64,000 bases of DNA from the NCBI RefSeq assembly GCF_009914755.1, contig NC_060947.1; one strand, given 5' to 3'. Both the position numbers and the translations under genes were made by a program. Below the pieces are notes generated by a model. That model saw only the letters and a list, made by a program, of their open reading frames with translations, did not search any database and was not told where the DNA came from. How positions within the stretch are numbered: the stretch's first letter is position 1; every line of letters begins with the position of its first letter. Of the stretch, positions 1-17,508 are shown piece after piece. This DNA is from the human T2T-CHM13v2.0 reference genome, Homo sapiens.

Positions 1-572
1 ATAGTATCAAGTACCAAAAAAGAGGCTGCCTCTGCTTGTGAGCCTCTTTATAAATATGAACGAAAATTTTCTTTTTTTTTGATAAAGCAAAAAGCAATAT
101 GGACATTGTTTATTTCACAGTAAAATACAGTATAACTGGCAAAGTGTTGAAGCTGATAACTATTCATCGTTAGGTAACTGATTTATACATTACAGACCAA
201 CACAAGTTTCTGCTCTCCTGTCATTAATTACATTTTACTATAATTATATCATGATGCATATAAACTTAGAAATTATCATACTACAAAAATGATTTAACAG
301 CACATTTTATGCATCTTAATAAGCACAGACTCAGACTCTTAATCTTTTCGAAAACAAGGATGTTAAATTCTATCCTTGTTCTGAACTTCATAATGCTTTT
401 CATAGAAGACTACCATCTCTTTGTCTCCAACATTCCACATGCCTCAAAAATCTATTTATGGAATGGAAGGTGGACATTTAGGGGTACTGTAGAACACAAA
501 ATGTGCTTCAATTCTTCTTAATCCTAAATAAGCCTTATTTTCCCAGTCTGTCTTTTTTTTTCAAATTCATTG

Positions 573-2707
<2,135 letters not shown>

Positions 2708-2829
2708 TCATTAACCCCAAATTCCATTTTTCAGTTACCATTTCTGAGCCTGTATAATACTTTGGTCAACTTGGGATGTTAGAAATTATCCTCCATCACG
2801 TTTCACCTAGGAAAAACATCCGATTCCAA

Positions 2830-3392
2830 AAATGTCACTGAAATTGGCAGAGTAAAGACCTCTGAAAAAATTTATCCTTTATAAAAGCAATGAGAACACC
2901 AACAAAAAGTATCATAATTAGCATTTTCAGAATGTTGGAATAAACCAAAAGCTTGCAGCAATCTGGAGAGTATTTATTCAGGAAAAATAACAGAATCTCA
3001 ATAATAGTACATTTTATGGTGTTTTAATATGCCCTATTCCCAATATTTCCACATTATATAATTTTAAAGGTGCAGTTTTGAACAAAAAATTATAAGACAT
3101 GCAAAGAAACATAAAAGTCTCAGCCATACACAGGAAAAAAGGCAGCCAATAGTGACTATCCCTGAAACCCAGATGTTGGTCTCATTAGACAGAGACTCCA
3201 AATAAGCTATTATAAATATATTCAAATAAGTAAAGGAAACCATGTCTGTAAAAACCAAAGGAAAGTATAGGAATGATTTATTACCAAATAATCATTATCA
3301 ATAAAGATATGGAAATTATATTTTAAAATAACAAATATAAATTCTGAAGTTGAAAATTACAGTAACTAAAATTTAAAAATTTACTAGAGAAG
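2830..3392 (+). mobile_element. Ancient L1M 5'/ORF1 region, left part (interrupted by the L1PA3)
   Basis: Degenerate A-rich ORF1-like sequence that resumes after the second TSD copy at 9476. Confidence 0.75.
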
Positions 3393-4341
3393 GTGATTTC
3401 TGCATTTCCATCTGAGGTACTGGGTTCATCTCACTAGGGAGTGCCAGACAGTGGGCGCAGGTCAGTGGGTGCAGCGCACTGTGCGTGAGCCAAAGCAGGG
3501 CAAGGCATTGCCTCACTCGGGAAGCGCAAGGGGTCAGGGAGTTCCCTTTCCTAGTCAAAGAACGGGGTGACAGATGGCACCTGGAAAATCGGGTCACTCC
3601 CACCCCAATACTGCGCTTTTCCGACGGGCTTAAAAAACGGCGCACCAGGAGATTATATCCTGCAACTGGCTCAGAGGGTCCTATGCCCACGGAGTCTCGC
3701 TGATTGCTAGCACAGCAGTCTGAGATCAAACTGCAAGGTGACAGCGAGGCTGGGGGAGGGGCGCTTTGGTAAACAAAGCAGCTGGAAAGCTCTAACGGGG
3801 TGGAGCCCACCACAGCTCAAGGAGGCCTGCCTGCCTCCGTAGGCTCCACCTCTGGGGGCAGGGCACAGACAAACAAAAAGACAGCAGTAACCTCTGCAGA
3901 CTTAAATGTCCCTGTCTGACAGCTTTGAAGGGAGCAGTGGTTCTCCCAGCGCACAGCTGGAGATCTGAGAACAGGCAGACTGCCTCCTCGAGTGGGTTCC
4001 TGACCCCTGACCCCTGAGCAGCCTAACTGGGAGGCACCCCCCAGTAGGGGCAGACTGACACCTCATACTGCCGGGTACTCCTCTGAGACAAAAATTCCAG
4101 AGGAACGATCAGACAGCAGCATTCGTGGTTCACGAAAAACCACTGTTCTGCAGCCACTGAAGCTGGTATCCAGGCAACCAGGGTCTGGAGTGGACCTGTG
4201 GACCTCTAGCAAACTCCAACAGACCTGCAGCTGAGGGTCCTGTCTGTTAGAAGGAAAACTAACAAACAGAAGGACAGCCACACCAAAAACCCATCTGTAC
4301 ATCACTATCATCAAAGACCAAAAGTAGATAAAACCACAAAG

Positions 4342-5355
4342 ATGGGGAAAAAACAGAGCAGAAAAATTGGAAACTCTAAAAAGCAGAGCACGTCTCCTCC
4401 TCCAAAGGATCGCAGTTCCTCACCAGCAATGGAACAAAGCTGGACGGAGAATGACTTTGACAAGTTGAGAGAAGAAGGCTTCAGATGATCAAACTACGAG
4501 CTACAGGAGGAAATTCAAACCAAAGGCAAAGAAGTTAAAAACTTTGAAAAAAACTTAGACGAATGTATAACTAGAATAACCAACACAGAGAAGTGCTTAA
4601 AGGATCTGACGGAGCTGAAAGCCAAGGCACGAGAACTAAGTGAAGAATGCAGAAGCCTCAGGAGCCGATGTGATAAACTGGAAGAAAGGGTATCAGTGAT
4701 GGAAGTTGAAATGAATGAAATGAAGCAAGAAGGGAAGTTTAGAGAAAAAAAGATAAAAAGAAATGAACAAAGCCTCCAAGAAATATGGGAGATTGTGAAA
4801 AGACCAAATCTATGTCTGATTGGTGTACCTGAAAGTGATGGGGAGAATAGAACCAAGTTGGAAAACACTCTGCAGGATATTATCCAGGAGAACTTCCCCA
4901 ATCTAGCAAGGCAGGCCAACGTTCAGATTCAGGAAATACAGAGAACACCACAAAGATACTCCTCGAGAAGAGCAACTCCAAGACACATAATTGTCAGATT
5001 CACCGAAGTGGAAATGAAGGAAAAAATGTTAAGGGCAGCCAGAGAGAAAGGTCGGGTTACCCACAAAGGGAAGCCCATCAGACTAACAGTGGATCTCTCA
5101 GCAGAAACTCTACAAGCCAGAAGAGAGTGGGGGCCAATATTCAACATTCTTAAAGAAAAGAATTTTCAACCCAGAATTTCATATCCAGCCAAAGTAAGCT
5201 TCATAAGTGAAGGAGAAATAAAATCCTTTACAGACAAGCAAATGCTGAGAGATTTTGTCACCACCAGGCCTGCCCTAAAAGAGCTCCTGAAGGAAGCACT
5301 AAACATGGAAAGGAACAACCGGTACCAGCCACTGCAAAATCATGCCAAAATGTAA
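4342..5355 (+). pseudogene. ORF1: L1 ORF1p, inactivated by a premature stop
   Basis: ATGGGGAAAAAACAG at 4342 is in frame with the 219-aa ORF ending at 5355 (...QNHAKM). In-frame TGA at 4486-4488 (codon 49, CGA>TGA type). Confidence 0.95.
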
Positions 5356-5418
5356 AGGCCATCGAGACTAGGAAGAAACTGCATCAACTAACGAGCAAAA
5401 TAACCAGCTAACTTCATA

Positions 5419-9243
<3,825 letters not shown>

Positions 9244-9475
9244 ACAATGAGAACACATGGACACAGGAAGGGGAACATCACACTCTGGGTACTGTTGTGG
9301 GGTGGGGGGAGGGGGGAGGGATACCATTGGGAGATATACCTAATGCTAGATGATGAGTTAGTGGGTGCAGCGCACCAGCATGTCACATGTATACATATGT
9401 AACTAACCTGCACATTGTGCACATGTACCCTAAAACTTAAAGTATAATAATAATAAAAAAAATTTACTAGAGAAG

Positions 9476-12400
9476 TACAACAGCAGATTTGGGCAGGCAG
9501 AAGAATCAGCAAACTTGAAATTATCCAGTCCAAGAACCAGAAAGAAAAAAAACCAGAATGAGAAAAAAATGACCAGAACCGTCTACACTATCCAGCACAT
9601 CAACATAAGCTTAATGGAAAAATCATAGCAGAGAAACACAGGGACAGAAACAACATTTGAAGAAAAAATTGCCAAAACTTCCCAAATTTGATGAAAGAAA
9701 TCAACCTACACATCTATGAAGCTCAAAAACCTCCAAGTAGGATCAATCAAAGGTATCAGTTAGTCACATCATAATGAAACTGTTGAAAGTCAAAGACAAA
9801 AACAGACTCTTGAAAGCAGCAGGAGAGTAGCAACGCATCATGTACAAGGAATCCTCAATAAAAATACTAGCTGATTTCTTACCACAAACCATGGAGAATA
9901 GACTTTTAATATATCATAACATATGTCACTTTTAATGACATATTAAAAGTTCTGAAAGAAAAATAATATCAAATAAGAATCCTATAGCCAGCAAAACTAT
10001 CCTTGAAAAATAAAGGAGAAATTAAGACACTCTCATATAAAGAAAAATGGGAAGAAATGTTGCTAGCAAACTTAACCTACAAGAATAATAAAAGAAATAT
10101 ATGTAGTATAATGTAAAACACAGTATAAATATATTTTTATTATAATTCTCTTTTCTCCTATCTAATTTGAAAGACAACTGCACAGAGCAATAATTATAAA
10201 TCTGTGTTGATCCGCATACAGTTTGTTAAGATGTAATTTGAATGATAATAACAGACCAAAGGAGGGTGAAGAGAATGGAGCAATATAGAAACAATGTCCT
10301 TGTAAACCATTGTAATTTTATTGATATTAACAAACTACAATGCCATAAATTTTTAATTTGTTAATTTTAATTACCAGAGCAATTACTAAGAAATTAAGTT
10401 TTAAAATATAGTAAAACAAATGACAAGTGAATTTAAATGGTAAGTTAGAAAATAACACTAAAGAAGGCAGTAATGGAGCAATAAAGGGAAATAAAAACAT
10501 AAGATATTAAAAAATGGCAAAAGAAGCAGACATAAATTTTACCTTATCGGAAATTACATGCAATATAAATGAATTAAGCACTCCAGTTTACAGGCAGAGC
10601 TGGCAGAATGACTTAAAAAATATTTTCCAATTACATTCCATCTACAAGAGACACACTTTATTCTGCCAAATTCATATCAAATTTCAGCTGGGATTTTGCA
10701 GAGACTGACAAGGTGATTCTAAAATCCCTACGGATATTTAAGGGACCTTGAATACCAAAAAGGATCTTAAACCTAAAGAACAAACTTGATATTAAAGGTA
10801 TTAAAGAAAGCCTAAAGAGGTTTGTCTCTTCAAGTTCTTCAAAGACAAAAAGAAGTGGATACTATAAGGATAGAAAAAGATATACCATTCCAATAGTAGC
10901 CAAAGGGAACTGGAGTGCCTATGCTAATAAAAGATAAAACCGACTTTAAAACAAAAATGTTACTAACAGCAATGAAAAACATTTTATAAAGATAAAATTA
11001 TCAATTTATCAAGAACCTATAACAATTATAAGCATATAAGCATCATATAGCAGAGCCCCGGAATACATGAAGAAAAACTGACAGAATTTAAGAGATAAAT
11101 AGACAGTTTAAAAATAATAGTGAATACTTCAATACTCTACTTTCAATAATGAATAGAACAACTAGATGGAAGATCAACAAGGAAATAGAAGATATGAATA
11201 ACACTAAAAAACAAACTAGATGTAACAGACATCTAGGAAATACTCTACTCAAAAACAGAAGAATACACATTGTTCTCAAGTGCACAGGGAACATTCTCCA
11301 GGATAGATCATATGTTAGACAACAAAACAAGTCCCAATAATATAAAAAATACTGCACTCATATAAAGTATGTTCTCTGGTCACCTGTGAAAAACCCACAG
11401 AAAACAACATGTTTTTGCAAAAAGACTGAAAATCTTCCCCTAAGATGAGGAACGTGACAAGGATGTCTGCCTTTGTGACCCCTATTCTGTTATACTGGAG
11501 GTTCTAACTGGAGAAATTAGGCATGGGAGAAAAAGGTATCTACATATATAAATTATATAATTATAATTATACATGTATGCAGATGACATGACATTTTATA
11601 GAAATAATACTAAAAAATTCACACAAAAACTATTAGAGCCAATAAAAGAGTTCAGCAAGATTGCAGGACAGGAGGTCAATACACACACAAAAAATGGTTG
11701 TTTTTCCATCCAGTAGGAATGAAAAGTTTGAAAATAATAATAAAAGACAATTCCATATATAATAGACTCACAAAGAATAAAATACTTAAGAATAAATGTA
11801 GCATGGGAAGTGTAAGGTTTACACACTGAAAACCACAAAACTTAATTGAAAGATATTAAATAAAACCTAAATAAATGAAATGACGTTCCATGTTTGTGGA
11901 TTTTGAGACAGTATTTTTAGATGCCAATACTCCCCAAATTTATCTACAGATTTGACACAATACATACCAAATTCCAGCTGAGATTTTGCAGAGACTGAGA
12001 AGCTGATTCTGAAGTCCCTATGGAATTGAATATCCAAGTACTTGGTATTCAATATTAATGAAACTTGAATACCCAAAAGGATCTTAAATATGAAGAACAA
12101 ACTTGAAGGACACACACTTCTCAATTTCAAATCTTACCCCAAAGGTACTGTAATCAAGACTATGAAGTTCTGGACTACAGATATACATATAGATCAGTGG
12201 AATAAAATTAAAGTCCAACAAGAAACCCTCACATTTCTGGTCAATTGATTTTTGACAAGGGTGCTAATGTTAATGTTGTCTTTTCAACAAATACTTCTGG
12301 AACACCCACATGCAAAGGAATAAAATTAGACTTCTACTCCACACTATATTTTAAAAACTCAAATGGATCAAAGACTTAAATATAAGAGGTAAAACTGTAA

Positions 12401-13149
12401 AACTCTTAGAAGAAAACAGGTTGAAATCTTCATGACCTTGAATTAAACCATAATTTCTTAGATATGACACCAAAAGCACAAGTAACAAAAGAAAAAGATA
12501 ATTAAATTGAAAGTCATCAAAATTGAAAATGTTTTGGCTTTAAAGGACACTATTAAGAAAGTGAAAAGATAACTTACAAAATATGAAAATATTTGCAAGT
12601 TATATATCCAATAATGATCTAGTATCCAGAATAAAGATCCCTTACAACTAAATAATAAAAATACAAATAACCCAATTAAAAATGGGCAAAACATCTGAAT
12701 AGGCAGGTTTCCAACAAAGTTATACAAATGTCAAATAAGCACATGGAGAGATGCTATTTTTAATAATTATGCAAATGAAAATCAAAATAACAAAAAGTAC
12801 TATTTCACATCCAGTAAGAGGGCTATAATTTAAAAGTCAGACAGTAACAAACGTTGGTAAGGAGGTCAAGAAATTAGAACCCTCATACATTCCTGGTGGG
12901 AATGAAAACTGCTGCAGGCACTTCGGAAAAACAGCTTAGCTGTTCCTCAAAAGTTAAACATAGAGTTGCCATATGACCCAGCAATTCCACTCCTAGATTT
13001 ATACTCAAGAAAACTGAAGGCGTATGTCCACATGAAAACTTGTACATGAATGTTTATAGCAGCCTTATTCATGATAGTCAACTGGTGAAACAACCTAAAT
13101 GTCCATTAGCTGATGAAAGGATAAACAAAATGTGTTATCTCTGTACTCT
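9476..13149 (+). mobile_element. Ancient L1M (L1MB/L1ME-like) ORF1-ORF2 remnants
   Basis: Degenerate L1 motifs (e.g. GGTCAATTGATTTTTGACAAGGGTG, ATATGACCCAGCAATTCCACTCCTAG). Breaks at ...AAAATGTGTTATCTCTGTAC and resumes at 19176. Confidence 0.85.
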
Positions 13150-13568
13150 TGTGGATGCTCTGAAGCACCAGATGGATCTTCACTCAAAATTTGGTTTAGA
13201 TGTTGTGAGTGGTGACACCACACATGCATCAGGAGAATATAGAATGATTTATTATTCACATAATTTAACTTTCTTGGGGAAAGCAGAGTGACTATCAAGA
13301 AGGTTTGAAAATGACATGAGAGAGCAGGGATAAAAGACTGGCTTGGGGTTTCTATGCTGGTTAGAGGGTAGGGACTGGGTGAGGATTCCAGGGCATGGTT
13401 TGAACTTCTTGCCATCACCAAAGAGAAGAAGGCACAGACTCTTGTCAGCAAGCCCAGATGTGTGTGGAGCAGGAGGGGAAAAAGAAGTGTGGTTAAAGCT
13501 GTCGGCAGTCAAACATCCAAAAATGGAGTCAGAATTAAAAAGTAAACTTAATAGGTAGTAGTTATTAA

Positions 13569-14118
13569 GAGCCAGTAATTAAGCTATTCTCCTTCAGCTC
13601 CAAATCTACCCTTCTGTTCTCTGCTTTGAGATGCTGGGCCTCAGATTCAGAAAACCGTTTTTCTGTTGATGCCAATGGTTCCTTGTTAAGCTTTGTCAAT
13701 AGGGAGTGTTGGAGAGAGACTGGAAGCTGAAGGAAGACAGGACCTGCTCCTTCTTGACTGCTTCCTGTTGCTGTCAGTAAAACCCAGAGTTGTCAGGCCA
13801 CTCATTTCGGGGACAGCAACTGATTTCAGTTTGCAGTTTTTCTAACACTCATTGAATCAGCTTATTGCACCATCAGAGACACTAGCACCAGCCAATCAGT
13901 ACCCCCTTCTCAGAGGTCTCAGTTGCAAATCTGTGGGGCTCCTCCTGTAAGCCTCTAAGTTTTATTTATTCTAACCTCCCCATTTTGTTCTTCCAGTCCC
14001 AGAGGTAATAGCAGATTCTTGTAATTGTTACCTCCATGATACTTTAGTATTCTCTTTATGCATTCTTAATTCATCCATATCAATTTAACAATTCTTTATA
14101 TTAAATGCTCTCTTTTTA
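13569..14118 (+). mobile_element. LTR33A-like LTR lacking its U5 end
   Basis: CAGCTCCAAATCTACCCTTCTG start and AATTCTTTATATTAAATGCTCTC end resemble recalled LTR33A consensus. Confidence 0.7.
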
Positions 14119-14469
14119 CAAAAATGACGTCAGACTTTTATTAAATTTTATTTTGTTTCCCCTTCTAACTTGACTTGTGACTGAAATGTGCCATTTTGTA
14201 TTGAATTGAACTTGAATTTAAATAAGCCATTATGACACTCTATGAGGACTGCAGTCTGAGGCTGGTAAGGGAGGTGAACGTTTCATTGAATTCCATGCTC
14301 AACAGGCCAGCACTGTGTGTTTTGAAAAGTAATTTTAATGCCTTGGTTACTACCAGTGATTTCTGTACCTCTGAAGGGGATAATAAGTGTCTTGGTGAAA
14401 CTTTGCATTGTGGCTTTCTTGTGGACAGAAATATATGTAACAATTATTTGTATTTTGGGTATCTTGAGA

Positions 14470-15228
14470 TAAACAATTATTGGGAATTGCTGTTGCTGTC
14501 ATTAGCCAGACCAGCTGTCGAGACTACTGGCAATGACTCAAGCATCTGTAGAAATGTACAGATAGGGTTCAGCCAATTTTGTTGACCACTAGGTCTCATC
14601 TTTTATCAGGGGTGCCACAGTAAAGGGATAAAAAGCAGCAACACTCCACTGACCTCCGTCACTTGCAATGGTGTTAATGCAATCCATAAAATGTATGAAA
14701 TCTTCTTGCTATATGCTCGGTTAATGGCAACCAGGTATCCAAATGGGCCAGAAAAAGGGTGACCTCCTCAAGCACCATGGCATCTGGCAAAGGACTAAGG
14801 ACAGGGAAGGCTATCACTGCCTGCAGGTAGGACATGCCAGAGATTTCAGGTTTGACTCCATTCTGTAATAAGGAAATCTTGGTGGAATAATGAGTTTTCA
14901 GGATATTGCTTTCACAATCCAACAAATAATAGGCAGCTAAGTACAGGAAGTCACTGGTTCAGCACCCGAGAGAGCCTCTATTTTCAGGAGACACTTGTAT
15001 GCTGCCAGCAACTGCCACTCTGGGATATAGCATGGGGCTTAGGAGGGTAGTTTCTTGCGTTAGTCACCCATGGGCAACTTATGGCCATCATGGGTGGTCC
15101 TGAGACTCCAAGACACATGAGAGGAGGTTGCTTAAAGTCTCTACAGTGAAGGAGTTCCTGGGGGGCACTAACAACAGTGCCTATAGTATTGTGATTTTTG
15201 CAGATTCTAGAGCCTTTTGTTATAGGGC
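14470..15228 (-). pseudogene. pol: ERVL pol remnant (RT tether and RNase H)
   Basis: Manual minus-strand translation gives QKALESAKITIL*ALLL...SWSL...KLPMGD*RKKLPS*APCYIPEWQLLAAYKCLLKIEAL and LYISTDA*VIASSLDSWSG. These match ERVL QEKALQ..WSLW..PLGFWSKALP..ERQLLACYWAL and LYTDSWAVANGLAGWSG. Confidence 0.85.
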
Positions 15229-15230
15229 GC

Positions 15231-15595
15231 TCTGATGGTTAATTTTATGTGGCAGTTTGACTAGGCTATAGTGCTCAGTTATTTGGTCAAACACTAGTCT
15301 AGAAGCTGCTGTGAATTTATTTGTAGATGTAATTAGCATTTACAATCAGCTGACTTTATGTGAACCAGATTATCCTTCATAATGTGAATGGGCTTCATCC
15401 AATCAGTAGAAGCCCTTAAGAGCAACACCTGAGGGTTTCCAAAAAATAAGCAGTTCTACCTCAAAATTGCAACATGAAAACTTGCCTGAGTTTCCAGCCC
15501 GCTGCCCTGCCCTGCAGATTTGGGGTTTGCCAGCCTCGTATTCATGTGAGCCAATTTCTTAAAACAGATTTACCTCTCTCTTCCTCATTCTCACA
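15231..15595 (+). mobile_element. MLT2C/D-like LTR nested in pol, 3' end lost
   Basis: TGATGGTTAATTTTATGTG...GTGAGCCAATTTCTTAAAA, running into a microsatellite. Confidence 0.85.
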
Positions 15596-15782
15596 CTGTG
15601 TGTATATGTATATGTGTGTGTGTATGTGTATGAAGATGCATGTATATATATGCATATATGTATATTTGTGTATGTATACGTAAACATGTATATATATGTG
15701 TGTATATACATCTATTTTTCTATTTTGTATTTATAGCTATAAAATTTTATTTTAATTATAATTATATATTTTCTATTTCATG

Positions 15783-15818
<36 letters not shown>
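15596..15818. repeat. Mixed (TG/TA)n and (CA)n microsatellites
   Basis: Directly visible; pure CA run at about 15785-15818. Confidence 0.95.
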
Positions 15819-15819
<1 letters not shown>

Positions 15820-15821
<2 letters not shown>

Positions 15822-16175
15822 AATTGTTTTCGATGGCAAAGCTGTTTGGATATCCCATGGATAGGGTAGGATATCCATTGTGTGTTTTTGGAGGTGAAGG
15901 CAAATGGGCTGAGACGCTGTTGAAATAGGCACTGAACAGAACATATTAGTCAAATCTACAACAACAAAATATTAACCAGTTGCTGATTGGATGGAGTCAA
16001 TAATCTTAAACATATTAGTTACGGGGGCCTTAATCAGTGGGACTACAGCATTAAAGAGTGATGATAATTCAGGGTGAAGTGCCATTCATTCTTTCCAAGT
16101 TTAATAACAGGCCAGATCGGATTGTTAAGTGAAGAAACAGTGGAGATAATCACCTATTCTATAAATAGGTCTTGC
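15820..16175 (-). pseudogene. pol: ERVL reverse-transcriptase N-terminal remnant
   Basis: Manual translation: SSLNNPIWPVIKLGKNEWHFTLNY..LNAVVPLIKAPV...YFVVVDLTNMFCSVPI...FAFT...MGYPNS. Matches class III RT motifs FNSPIWPV, IDLANAFFSIP and QGY. Confidence 0.9.
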
Positions 16176-16595
16176 AGTTGTTTATGCAGCAATAGATAAC
16201 CAGGACGATGCAGAAGTAAAACAAATTAGTGTGTAGACTTAACCATATACCAAAACATAATATATTTATGAATGTGTTAGTAGAATTACAAGATGTTTAT
16301 CAATCGTAAACTTAACTTTCACTTAAAATTAAGTCTTGGCTACAGTTTTTTCTCATTAAATGTACAGCTACCTCATTTAAAAAAATAGATCTTGTACAAC
16401 AGGTCTCAATCCTTGAAGGCCCTATTTTAACATACATTGGGATGAATTGACTAGAGGGAAGGTTCATGGGAACCAATATTTTAAGCTGAATTGTAAGTGC
16501 CAAAGACTTGACTTAATTTTAATTTATTACTCTTTAGGTCAGAGCATCCATGCCCACTGTGAAGTATTTTAGGTAATGGGTGCTATTACACATGG

Positions 16596-17508
16596 TGTAT
16601 TAGGGTACTCTAGAGAGACAAAACTAATATATATATATTATATAGGTAATGGGTGCTATTACACATGGTGTATTAGGGTACTCTAGAGAGACAAATTACC
16701 CATTACCTAAAATACTTCATAGTGGGCATGGGCGCTCTGACCTAAAACATATATATCTTATATATAGGATATATATTATTAATATATATTAATTAATATA
16801 ATTAATAATACATATTAATAATATATATCCTATTAGTTCTGTTCCTCTAGAACCCATATATAAATATATATAAATAAATATATATATAAAATATATATAA
16901 ATAAATATATATATAAAATATATATAAATATATATATAAAATATATATAAATATATATATAAAATATATATAAATATATATATAAAATATATATAAATAT
17001 ATATATAAAATATATATAAATATATATATAAAATATATATAAATATATATATAAAATATATATAAATAAATATATATAAAATATATATAAATAAATACTA
17101 TATATAAAATATATATATAAAGGGGAGTTTATTAAGTAGAAATCACATGATCACAAGGTCCCACAATAGGTGGTCTGCAAGCTGAGGAGCAAGGAAGCCA
17201 GTCTGAATCCCAAAGCTGAATAACTTAGAGTCTGATGTTTGAGGGCAGGAAGCATCCAGCACAGGAGAAAGATGTAGGCTGGGAGGCTAAGCCAGTCTAG
17301 TCTTTTCACATTTTTCTGCCTGCTTTATATTTTAGTCAAGCTGGCAGCTGATTAGATGGTGCCCACCCAGATTAAGGGTGGGTTTGCCTTTCCCAGTCCA
17401 CTGACTCAAATGTTAATCTCCTTTGGCAACACCCTCACAGACACACCCAGGATCAATACTTTGCATCCTTCAATCCAGTCAAGTTGTCACTCAGTATTAA
17501 CCATTACA
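16596..17508 (-). mobile_element. MLT2A1 solo LTR with expanded, rearranged TA microsatellite
   Basis: TGTATTAGGGTACTCTAGAG...CTCAGTATTAACCATTACA. 5-bp TSD CATGG (16591-16595) / TATGG (17509-17513). Confidence 0.92.
16856..17120. repeat. AT-rich array of (TATATATAAA)-type units
   Basis: Directly visible. Confidence 0.95.
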
